A DNA stretch of 64,000 bases, taken from NCBI GenBank assembly GCA_965213925.1, contig OZ243927.1, positions 256,001-320,000 on the forward strand, written 5' to 3'. The notes beneath the pieces were generated by a model, which had not been told where the DNA came from, made no database searches, and worked only from the letters and a program-made list of their open reading frames with translations. Each line of letters begins with the position of its first letter. The stretch's first letter is position 1. The stretch comes from Trueperaceae bacterium. Lineage in GTDB: Bacteria; Deinococcota; Deinococci; Deinococcales; Trueperaceae. The position numbers were made by a program, and so were the translations under genes. Positions 1 to 10,974 of the stretch are shown here, piece by piece.

Positions 1-3174
<3,174 letters not shown>

Positions 3175-3224
3175 TCAGCCTGCCTTTTGAAGTGCACCTT
3201 TTACCCGTGCGCCTTGCCGAAACC

Positions 3225-3356
3225 AAAAAAAACACCACCCAACTGGGGCAGCGTCAAGGTCGCGCAGATATAGAAATCCGCGCTATTTTGTAAAAGGCGA
3301 AGCTAAGTAGCCTCTCATATCACCAAAGTTTAGCGCGGCAGCGAAGGCGATGTCAA
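3225..3356 (-). promoter_or_regulatory. pheST promoter and leader with terminator-like hairpin (possible attenuator)
   Basis: Minus strand: TTGACA (3356-3351)-N18-TAAACT (3332-3327); short ORF 3318-3283; hairpin GACGCTGCCC/GGGTGGTGTT followed by a U-run ending near 3225. Confidence 0.55.
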
Positions 3357-3677
3357 TCTCGAGCCGCGCTAGGGAGGGTTAGGACGGCTCTAGGGACAAG
3401 AACCGCAAGGGGTTCGCCTGCGGCACCTAGCCTCTACATCCGCTTTCATTAAAAATATATGTGAGTTAGATAAAGCTAATTTTTCAAAATACTGATTCGA
3501 GTTACAATTTGCTGTCGAAGCATTTTGCAAATCGACTTGTAGGTTCCGCACAAATCAAGCGGCAAGAGTCGAAAGTGGCGTACTACACAGACGTCGGCTA
3601 TTTTACTCCCGCCACACCTCGCGTGTTGTATAGTGTAGAATAATTAAGGGAAGATTAAGACGTCAAGTTAAGGGGCA

Positions 3678-4619
3678 GTGAGAAGAGAGGGAGTTATGCT
3701 CATCAACGCAGCGCCGCCAGTCAACCATTCACCGCCACCGAACCGTTTGGCGTGCGTGATTGATGAACCGCTGCTGGCGTGGCGCAGGCTCGAGACGACA
3801 CCCCTTAACGCCGCCTATTACCTCCTTCTAGCGGACGGACGAGAACAGGTTTTGTGGATCAACCAGCGCGACCAGGAGCCCAGGGTCGAGCGCTACGTCG
3901 CCGCAATCGACCTCTTGCCCAACCTCACGCCGCCTTTAGTTCGCGCGGACACGAGTGGCGAGCGGCTCGAGTACCCCTACCTCATCACCGAATACCTGCC
4001 CGAACCCACCTTAAAAGAGGCGTGGTCAAACCTAGATGCCGCGCAGAAGGAGCAAGCCGCACGTTCTTGGGGACACGCGCTTCGCCTCATCCACCGCGTC
4101 CGCTTCGAGTGGGCAGGCGATCTGGCGTACCCGGAAGCGCAGGGGCAACGTTTGGGTGACTATTTAGAGGCTTCGTGGCGGAACCTCTTGCCGAGTGTGT
4201 TAGATGATGGCGCAGTGGACGCCGCAGCCTTGATAGAGGTGCTGCAGCGCACACGCGCGCTGCTCGAGGACGCACCCGTCACCCTCTGCCACGGCAACGC
4301 CGCCGCTAAAAACGTTCTTTGGTCGGCGGAGCGCTCGCGCATCGTCGCCTCTGTAGACTTCAAGCGGGCTCAGCGCAGCGACCCGATGACCGACCTCGCC
4401 GCGCTCTGGGACGAGGTGCACACGCTTGGCTACGAAGACGCCTTTTTGAGAGGCTACGGCGCGCTCTCCCACTGGGAGAAGAGGCGCTTAGAGGTTTATA
4501 AGCTCCACCACGCCCTAGCGAGTTACGCGGACGCGCTCGCTTCGGACCCACGCCAAGTTGCGCGGTGGCGGCAGCGCCTAGCGGAAACGGTACAAGAGAC
4601 TGCGCTTCTCTCCTACTAA
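3678..4619 (+). CDS. Aminoglycoside phosphotransferase (APH/kinase-like) family protein
   Basis: YPYLITEYLP, LCHGNAAAKNVL (Brenner-like motif, usual Asp is Asn), VDF and DPMTDLA motifs. Confidence 0.7.
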   Translation: MRREGVMLINAAPPVNHSPPPNRLACVIDEPLLAWRRLETTPLNAAYYLLLADGREQVLWINQRDQEPRVERYVAAIDLLPNLTPPLVRADTSGERLEYPYLITEYLPEPTLKEAWSNLDAAQKEQAARSWGHALRLIHRVRFEWAGDLAYPEAQGQRLGDYLEASWRNLLPSVLDDGAVDAAALIEVLQRTRALLEDAPVTLCHGNAAAKNVLWSAERSRIVASVDFKRAQRSDPMTDLAALWDEVHTLGYEDAFLRGYGALSHWEKRRLEVYKLHHALASYADALASDPRQVARWRQRLAETVQETALLSY

Positions 4620-4749
4620 CCGATCGATGAAGAATCTCGTTTAGCTACTGCCAAAACTCTGTGTGCGTCTCCCGCCTTTGGCAGAAGCCTTTCCGGGAAA
4701 CCATATGAGCTTGGCTTCGCTGAGACGGAAACTTCGTTAGCTTTTCACG

Positions 4750-4782
4750 TAAGGACCTGCGAAGCAGGCGCGCAGGTCCTTA
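4750..4782. terminator. Strong hairpin, probable terminator
   Basis: TAAGGACCTGCG-N9-CGCAGGTCCTTA, a perfect 12-bp stem downstream of the APH gene. Confidence 0.5.
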
Positions 4783-4906
4783 TACGGATTCCGGGTGAAT
4801 CCATTACAAAATGCATCCGCATTTTTCCGTTACTCACCGGAATCCGTAGCTGTTTCTACTCGCTACGCTCGGGTTAATTCTTTTAGGAATTAACCGGAAA
4901 GGGTAT
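4782..4906 (+). repeat. Small palindromic repeat, family B (ATACGGATTCCG...CGGAATCCGTA...CCGGAAAGGGTAT)
   Basis: Related copies at 26272-26575 and 38331-38491 (inverted), plus a fragment at 30806. Confidence 0.75.
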
Positions 4907-4973
4907 TACTTCGTAGAGCTTCGCGCACCTCAGGGAGAACGTTCACTCTCAATCAGGCGAGAAGGCGGATACA

Positions 4974-5078
4974 GAGATCCTTCACTTCACGGAGCCTGTC
5001 CTGTTCACGAAGTCGCTAGCGGGACGCGCCACGCGGACGCGTAGCCTTGCTTGCCGAAGAGTTCCGTTCAGAATGACA
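4974..5078 (+). repeat. REP-like element, family C (GAGATCCTTCAC...GTTCAGAATGACA)
   Basis: Similar to 19505-19559; its internal CTGTTCACGAAGT module also occurs near 19382. Confidence 0.65.
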
Positions 5079-5143
5079 ACAGTGTTTGTATGTAACCGAA
5101 TAGAATAGGCAACTATCACCTCTCTGCATGATAGCGTGACCTC

Positions 5144-6232
5144 ATGATTCATCCCCTGCACGAAAAATACGCCAAACTTTTAGTCGAATACTGCACCAGC
5201 GTCCAAGAAGGCGAGAACGTCTCTGTCAACGTAGACACGCCCGCCGAGCCGATGGCGCGGGCTGTCGTCCGTGAAGTTTTACGCGCAGGCGGCAACCCCG
5301 TGCTGCACATGAACTACCCGGAGTTGACGGAGGACGTGCTCGAGCTTGCCCCCGACTCTTACTACGACGCCGAGCCGACCCTGGCGCTCAGTGAAATTAA
5401 ACAAATCGACGCCTTTATCCGCGTGGGCGCACCCATGAATAGCCGCGCTTTGCAAAACGCCGACAAAAGTAAGGTTTCCCGCCTGCAGAAGAAAAACCGC
5501 CCCGTCCAAAACATCCGCGTGCGCGAGACCAAGTGGTGCGGCACGCTCTACCCGACGCCTTCGGGCGCACAGGACGCGGGCATGAGCGTGTCCGAGTATG
5601 AAAACTTCGTCTACGGCGCGATGTTCTTATTCGACGACGACCCCGTCGCTAAGTGGAAGGAGATTCACGATTTCCAAGCGCACCTCATCGAGCATTTGAG
5701 CCGTGCCAAAGAGGTCCATATTAAAGCGGAAGGAACCGACCTCAAACTGAACGTGGGCGGACGCACTTGGATCAACAGCGATGGACACAAGAACATGCCC
5801 TCAGGCGAGGTCTTCACAGGTCCGATTGAGGACAGCGCGGACGGGCACATCACCTACACGGTCCCTAGCGCGGTGCGCGGCGTCGAAGTCGAGAATATCC
5901 GCGTGACCTTTGAAAACGGTAAAGCCGTGAAAGCCGAAGCGGAGAAGGGCGACGACCTCTTGCAGTCGCAGTTAGATACCGACGAAGGCGCACGCTTCTT
6001 GGGCGAACTCGGCATCGGCACGAACTACAACATCCAAATTCCGACCAAGAGCATCCTCTATGACGAGAAAATCGGTGGGACGGTGCACCTGGCGCTCGGG
6101 CAGTCGTATCAGGAGACGGGCGGGACGAACGAGTCGGCGATTCACTGGGATATGATTTGTGACCTTAGAAAAGGTGGGGTGATTTATTTGGATGGGGAGT
6201 TGTTTCAGGAGGATGGGGAGTTTAAGGTTTAG
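5144..6232 (+). CDS. Aminopeptidase, M29 (AmpT/PepS-like) family
   Basis: NMPSGEVFTGP, GELGIGTN, LYDEKIGGTVHLALG and SAIHWDMI motifs; leaderless TAGCGT-N6-ATG. Confidence 0.93.
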   Translation: MIHPLHEKYAKLLVEYCTSVQEGENVSVNVDTPAEPMARAVVREVLRAGGNPVLHMNYPELTEDVLELAPDSYYDAEPTLALSEIKQIDAFIRVGAPMNSRALQNADKSKVSRLQKKNRPVQNIRVRETKWCGTLYPTPSGAQDAGMSVSEYENFVYGAMFLFDDDPVAKWKEIHDFQAHLIEHLSRAKEVHIKAEGTDLKLNVGGRTWINSDGHKNMPSGEVFTGPIEDSADGHITYTVPSAVRGVEVENIRVTFENGKAVKAEAEKGDDLLQSQLDTDEGARFLGELGIGTNYNIQIPTKSILYDEKIGGTVHLALGQSYQETGGTNESAIHWDMICDLRKGGVIYLDGELFQEDGEFKV

Positions 6233-6262
6233 GGTTTAGGAACTTGTTAGGAGGATAGGCGT

Positions 6263-6934
6263 TTGAGCAAGTGCATGAAGCACCCTGTCATCACTAATCA
6301 GAAAATTGTGGATAAAGTTGTTTCGCGGCGCGGCAGGCTCCACGCTTTTGAAACTATTCGTCCGCGAAGCACGGCTTTAGTAGTTATTGACATGATGCGT
6401 GCTTCTACCGAGAACGATGCTTGGTGCCAAGCGATGATTCCTGGTATCAATCAGTTAGCACAAAGACTTCGCGATAAAGGGGGCGCGGTGGCGTGGGTGA
6501 CCGTTAGAAGCGATCAGGTTTGGAACAACCATGCTGCAGTCTTCGGTGAAGAGATAGCGCGAACCTTTCACGAAAGGGCGCAAGCCGACGACCCGCGTTC
6601 ACAGCTTCCCGAATCGCTTACTGTGTGCGACACAGATATCCATTCGGCCAAGCTAGGTTTTAGCGCTTTCTTTCCAGGGCGTTCAGATTTGCATGAACAG
6701 CTTGTAGAACGAGAGGTTGATACCGTACTCATCTGCGGCACAGTAACTAACATTTGTTGCGAATCATCTGCGCGTGATGCGGTGGAACTTGGCTACCGCG
6801 TCATCATGATCTCGGATTTGAACATAGGTCATGGACACGGTTTGCACGAAGCAGCGCTGACAACGTTTTATAGGACGTTTGGCGATGTGCGTCCCTCGCA
6901 AGAGGTCAGTCAGTTGCTCGAAAATGAGAGTTGA
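6263..6934 (+). CDS. Isochorismatase-family cysteine hydrolase (start may be ATG 6275)
   Basis: TALVVIDM, K..FSAFF and GTVTNICCESSARDA motifs. Confidence 0.88.
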   Translation: MSKCMKHPVITNQKIVDKVVSRRGRLHAFETIRPRSTALVVIDMMRASTENDAWCQAMIPGINQLAQRLRDKGGAVAWVTVRSDQVWNNHAAVFGEEIARTFHERAQADDPRSQLPESLTVCDTDIHSAKLGFSAFFPGRSDLHEQLVEREVDTVLICGTVTNICCESSARDAVELGYRVIMISDLNIGHGHGLHEAALTTFYRTFGDVRPSQEVSQLLENES

Positions 6935-6942
6935 TAGTTAGG

Positions 6943-6977
6943 CTCGAGCCCCAACCCGCAACTCAGAAGCTCGAGCC
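6943..6977 (+). repeat. 35-bp direct repeat, copy 1 (CTCGAGCCCCAACCCGCAACTCAGAAGCTCGAGCC)
   Basis: 31/35 identical to 9319-9353 and 26/35 to 8425-8459 (manual alignment). Confidence 0.75.
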
Positions 6978-7029
6978 CCATGCTAAACTAGACATCTGTA
7001 GAAGGTCCACCATCTACTGAGATAGGTGA

Positions 7030-7133
7030 GCGCAGATTTCACAGCTTTGCTGTAACGGAACTTCATCTCTAAACGTGAGTGTCGGTTGGTGCTTCATGCG
7101 GTGAGAGTGTTCGCGACCAGATGATACCTGCTA
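7030..7133 (+). repeat. MITE-like repeat, family A (ends ...GACCAGATGATACCTGCTA)
   Basis: 7030-7069 is identical to 40280-40319; the right end is shared with copies at 18802, 39835, 40407, 49987 and 52113. Confidence 0.75.
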
Positions 7134-7152
7134 TACATGGAGGTCTAGCAAG

Positions 7153-7404
7153 ATGGCTTCAGAACAGCGAAAAGTTACCGTGACGCTGCCCGAGAGGTTG
7201 CTCGAGCGCCTCAACAACACCGTCCCCAACCGTCAGCGTAGCCTTTTTATTAGCGAAGCGATTGAGGAGCACCTTGACCTCATGGAGCAAGCGGCGGCGT
7301 TGGAGGAGTCAGCAGGCGCGTGGTCTTTGGAGAATCACCCGACAATGGAAGATGGCGAGGGGATAGACGCTTGGCTTAAAGCGTCTCGGCAAGGCTGGGG
7401 TTAG
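7153..7404 (+). CDS. Ribbon-helix-helix (CopG-like) antitoxin
   Basis: KVTVTLPERLLERL...RSLFISEAIEE RHH pattern; directly upstream of a PIN toxin. Confidence 0.8.
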   Translation: MASEQRKVTVTLPERLLERLNNTVPNRQRSLFISEAIEEHLDLMEQAAALEESAGAWSLENHPTMEDGEGIDAWLKASRQGWG

Positions 7405-7407
7405 GCT

Positions 7408-7794
7408 TTGCGCCTACTACTCGACACGGGCTTACTCATCCGTCATCTGCGCGGGCAGAAAAGTACGGTGCAGCTTTTAAGAGGTTTGGCAAAAACGAAC
7501 CGCCTCTGTATCTCTACTGTGACGAGGCTCGAGGTAAGGGCAAGTGCGCGTCCAGATGAGCAAGCTGTTACACAAAGACTCCTTTCTCGCTTTGTGAACT
7601 TAGAGCTGGGCGCTTCGGTTGCCGATAGAGCGGGCGAACTTATCGCTCAAGGCAAGAGGTCAGATAAACCCATCCTTGTTCCTGACGCGATTATTGCGGC
7701 AACAGCGTTGGTTCACAACATTACGCTGGTTACGTTCAACGTTCAAGATTTTGAATACGTTGCGAACTTGAGTTTGCATCCACTCTCGAGTTGA
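7408..7794 (+). CDS. VapC-family PIN-domain toxin
   Basis: LLLDTG, conserved Glu, DAIIAATAL and LVTFN..DF motifs. Confidence 0.9.
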   Translation: MRLLLDTGLLIRHLRGQKSTVQLLRGLAKTNRLCISTVTRLEVRASARPDEQAVTQRLLSRFVNLELGASVADRAGELIAQGKRSDKPILVPDAIIAATALVHNITLVTFNVQDFEYVANLSLHPLSS

Positions 7795-7827
7795 GGTCCC
7801 CGCACACCGCTCTGCTAAACTACCTTT

Positions 7828-8064
7828 ATGAGCGAAGCCGAACTTCTCCAGCGCATCACCTTAGACCCCGATATATGTCACGGCAAACCTTGTATCAGGG
7901 GGCTCAGGTATCCGGTGGAGACAGTGCTCGAGCTGCTCTCGAGTGGGATGACCTTCGAAGAGGTTTTAGAGGACTACGAAGACCTAGAGCCTGAGGATTT
8001 GCAAGCCGCTTTAGCCTACGCAACGAGACTCAGCCGCATCAAGCGCATTCTTAGCGCCATTTGA
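7828..8064 (+). CDS. DUF433 antitoxin-like protein
   Basis: RITLDPDICHGKPCIRGLR...YEDLEPEDLQAALAYA; leaderless TAAACT-N6-ATG. Confidence 0.92.
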   Translation: MSEAELLQRITLDPDICHGKPCIRGLRYPVETVLELLSSGMTFEEVLEDYEDLEPEDLQAALAYATRLSRIKRILSAI

Positions 8065-8417
8065 CCCGCTACCTCATTGACGCTCAGTTGCCTCGGCGTC
8101 TAGCGAGGGTGCTTCAAGCTGCGGGCTGCGACGCTCTGCATACGCTCGATTTACCAAAAGGTAACGCGACGAAAGATACCGAGATTAACCGACTGTCCTT
8201 AGAAGGTCGGCGCGTTGTGGTGACGAAAGATGCAGACTTCACGCAGTCTTTTCTATTGCAAGGGCGTCCTTACAAACTTCTGCTTGTCAGTACGGGGAAC
8301 ATCAGTAATAAAGCGTTGATTGCGCTCTTCGAGCGGCGGCTGACACAGTTCGATACGCTATTCGCTGAGAGTGACTTTGTAGAGATAACGAGGGAGTTTC
8401 TCGTTGTGCATGGTTAG
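8061..8417 (+). CDS. DUF5615 (Mut7-C-like PIN) toxin-like protein
   Basis: YLIDAQLP and RVVVTKDADF motifs; overlaps the DUF433 stop, the usual pairing. Confidence 0.88.
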   Translation: MTRYLIDAQLPRRLARVLQAAGCDALHTLDLPKGNATKDTEINRLSLEGRRVVVTKDADFTQSFLLQGRPYKLLLVSTGNISNKALIALFERRLTQFDTLFAESDFVEITREFLVVHG

Positions 8418-8424
8418 CTTTAAC

Positions 8425-8459
8425 TTAGAGTCCCAACCCGCAGCTTAGGAGCCCCTGCC
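8425..8459 (+). repeat. 35-bp direct repeat, copy 2 (degenerate)
   Basis: TTAGAGTCCCAACCCGCAGCTTAGGAGCCCCTGCC aligns without gaps to copy 1. Confidence 0.6.
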
Positions 8460-8493
8460 TCAACAAATCCTCTATGCTGCTATACTTTTAACT

Positions 8494-8841
8494 ATGGCAG
8501 ACCCCCGCTTCGTCACCAACGCGCAGGGCGAGCGTGTCGGCGTCCTCTTGGACTTAGAAACTTATGAGCAGATGCTTACAGGCAAGGATAAGCTAGAAGA
8601 TGACCCGGAGGTCTTGGCGGGCGTAAGCGAGGTTGAGCTTACGGCTTTAGCCGAGAGTGAACTCGCGCCGAGTGCGCAGCGGCAGGTGCAGAGTTTGACG
8701 GAGAAAAGTAGTGAGCAGACTCTCTCTGCGGATGAAGCGGAGCATTTGGAGCGCCTCCTCGAGCAGATTGACTACCTCAACATCCTCAAGGCAAGGGCAC
8801 GCTATACCCTGCAAACTAAAGTACACACAGCACGTGAATGA
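8494..8841 (+). CDS. Hypothetical protein, putative antitoxin partner of the HNH nuclease
   Basis: FVTNAQGERVGVLLDLETYE antitoxin-like N-terminus and helical C-terminus; leaderless TATACT-N7-ATG. Confidence 0.65.
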   Translation: MADPRFVTNAQGERVGVLLDLETYEQMLTGKDKLEDDPEVLAGVSEVELTALAESELAPSAQRQVQSLTEKSSEQTLSADEAEHLERLLEQIDYLNILKARARYTLQTKVHTARE

Positions 8842-8852
8842 GCACCCGTTGA

Positions 8853-9290
8853 ATGAGCGCCTACGTTCCGGCAGCCCTTCGCCGCCAAGTTCGCGAGCAC
8901 TTCAATAACTGCTGCGCGTACTGCCTTAGCGCTGAGCGTTTAACGGTTGTCACCTTTGAGATTGAGCACATCACGCCGCAAGTTGCTGGGGGCGAAACGC
9001 GCTTTGAAAATCTTTGTTTAGCGTGTCCGAGTTGTAACCGCCATAAGGGAGCGCGGCAGCAGGCGGTTGATCCGAAGACAAAACAAGAGGTCGCCCTCTA
9101 TCATCCGCACCGTGATGTTTGGAGTGCGCACTTCTCTTGGCTCAAGGATAACACGGTGCTAAAAGGGCTGACACCAAGAGGTCGCGCGACGATTCAGGCG
9201 CTCGAGATGAACCGCGCTCAATCGGTACGTGTAAGGCGGTTGTGGGTTAAGCTAGATGAGCATCCGCCTGACCTGCCAGAACGAAGCTGA
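8853..9290 (+). CDS. HNH endonuclease
   Basis: CCAYC, EIEHITP..GG, NLCLACPSCN..KG. Confidence 0.9.
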   Translation: MSAYVPAALRRQVREHFNNCCAYCLSAERLTVVTFEIEHITPQVAGGETRFENLCLACPSCNRHKGARQQAVDPKTKQEVALYHPHRDVWSAHFSWLKDNTVLKGLTPRGRATIQALEMNRAQSVRVRRLWVKLDEHPPDLPERS

Positions 9291-9318
9291 AACTCCTGAC
9301 TGATTCTAATGTTTTAGC

Positions 9319-9353
9319 CTCGAGCCCCACCCCTCAACTCAGGAACTCGAGCC
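9319..9353 (+). repeat. 35-bp direct repeat, copy 3
   Basis: CTCGAGCCCCACCCCTCAACTCAGGAACTCGAGCC. Confidence 0.75.
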
Positions 9354-9386
9354 TTACACTAACCTCTTGACGCTCGAGCTAAAAGC

Positions 9387-9614
9387 TCAGCGTAGCTTCT
9401 CATCGCCAAAAAAAGCGCGCATCGCCTCCTCTGCTTCCTCGTCGCTCAGTCTAGCTTTGTGAAGTCCGAGGGGGCGCGTTTCCGTGCCCGTGGTGGCGGG
9501 CTCGAGCCTCACCAGCGCCTTGCCGTCTTTAGTCAGCACCACCTCATCACCTGCTAACGCTTGTTCGACAAGGTTGTCGAGGTTCGTTTTCGCTTCGCGA
9601 ATGTCAATCTTCAT
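9387..9614 (-). CDS. Phd/YefM-family antitoxin (no adjacent toxin)
   Basis: IREAKTNLDNLVEQALAGDEVVLTKDGKALVRL is a typical Phd N-terminus. Confidence 0.85.
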   Translation of the reverse strand: MKIDIREAKTNLDNLVEQALAGDEVVLTKDGKALVRLEPATTGTETRPLGLHKARLSDEEAEEAMRAFFGDEKLR

Positions 9615-9723
9615 TTTTCCTCCTTAGCTAGGTTCGGTGCAGACCACCCGAAGAGGTGGCTCGTCCGTAAAATTTAATACTTCCGCCCCAAGCTCACCTC
9701 TTGAAGCAGGTACACTAACCCAC

Positions 9724-10974
9724 GTGACTGTTATCCAAGCTGCCGCCGTACTTATAACCCTAACCGCCGTATTGGGCTACGTCAACGAACGCTTCATCAA
9801 GCTCCCCACCCCCATCGGCGTGATGCTAACCGCTTTAGCCCTCTCGCTCGGGCTGCTCATCTTCGGTACGCAAGAGGTCAGCCAGTGGGCGCAGACGTTT
9901 CTGGACAACCTCAACTTCAACAGCTTAGTAATGGACGGGCTGCTGAGCTTCCTGCTCTTCGCAGGGGCACTGACGGTGAATCTGGATGACCTTAATGAGC
10001 AAAAGTGGCCCGTCCTGACACTCGCGACGGTGGGCATCTTGGTATCAACTTTTTTAGTCGGCACGCTCACCTACTACGCGCTGATGCTCTTCGGTCTGAA
10101 CCTCCCGTACATCTACGCCCTCCTCTTCGGCGCACTCATCTCACCGACAGACCCGATTGCGGTTTTGGGCATCTTGAAAAAGCTGAGCGTGCCCAAACGA
10201 ATTGAGACGCTCATCACGGGTGAGTCGCTTTTTAATGACGGCGTGGGCGTCGTCGTTTTTAGCGTGCTGCTGAGCTTTGTTGAAGAGGGTCAAGCGCAAC
10301 CTAGCGTGGGCGGCGTCGCGCTGCTTTTTGCAGAAGAGGCGATAGGCGGCATCCTCTTTGGACTGGTGCTCGGCTATATCACCTACAAACTCTTGAAGAG
10401 AGTCAATAACTACAGCGTCGAGGTGCTCCTCACTTTAGCGGCGGTGATGGGCGGCTATACCTTAGCACAAGTGATTCATACCTCAGGACCATTAGCAATG
10501 GTCGTGGTTGGACTCTTTATCGGCAACCGGGGGCGGCTCTTTGCGATGTCGGAGACGACTCGAGAACACCTCGATACCTTTTGGGAGATGGTGGATGAGG
10601 TCTTGAACGCGGTGCTCTTTGCGCTCATCGGGTTGGAGCTTTTAGCGGTGCGTTTTAGCGGACTCAACCTCGCGGCGGCGCTCGTCGCGGTGCCTATCGC
10701 GCTGCTGTCGCGCACCGTCAGCGTCGGCGGACCGATGAACCTCTTTCGGCTGCGGCAAAACTACTCCTCTTACACGATTCGGATGATGGTCTGGGGCGGG
10801 CTCAAAGGGGGGATTTCGATTGCGCTCGCCCTCTCGTTACCTGAGGGAGACGAGCGCAGTCTGATTGAGGTGATGACTTACGGCGTTGTCGTTTTCACGA
10901 TTTTGGTGCAAGGCTTAACAGTAGAACGAGTGGCGAAACGGATGATTGAGAAAGCAGAGGAGGCGGACGCTTAG
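9724..10974 (+). CDS. CPA1 Na+/H+ antiporter (NhaP-like)
   Basis: FGALISPTDPIAV, GESLFNDG and WGGLKGGIS motifs; start placed at GTG 9724 after leaderless TACACT-N7. Confidence 0.92.
   Translation: MTVIQAAAVLITLTAVLGYVNERFIKLPTPIGVMLTALALSLGLLIFGTQEVSQWAQTFLDNLNFNSLVMDGLLSFLLFAGALTVNLDDLNEQKWPVLTLATVGILVSTFLVGTLTYYALMLFGLNLPYIYALLFGALISPTDPIAVLGILKKLSVPKRIETLITGESLFNDGVGVVVFSVLLSFVEEGQAQPSVGGVALLFAEEAIGGILFGLVLGYITYKLLKRVNNYSVEVLLTLAAVMGGYTLAQVIHTSGPLAMVVVGLFIGNRGRLFAMSETTREHLDTFWEMVDEVLNAVLFALIGLELLAVRFSGLNLAAALVAVPIALLSRTVSVGGPMNLFRLRQNYSSYTIRMMVWGGLKGGISIALALSLPEGDERSLIEVMTYGVVVFTILVQGLTVERVAKRMIEKAEEADA

Noticed and set aside
3225..3330. T-box riboswitch before pheS
   Set aside because: The leader is too short and lacks the T-box antiterminator UGGNACC motif.
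6943..9353. Integron attC sites or a CRISPR array as the explanation of the 35-bp repeats
   Set aside because: No attC core sites or integrase; the spacers are whole genes of 0.9-1.5 kb and no cas genes are present.
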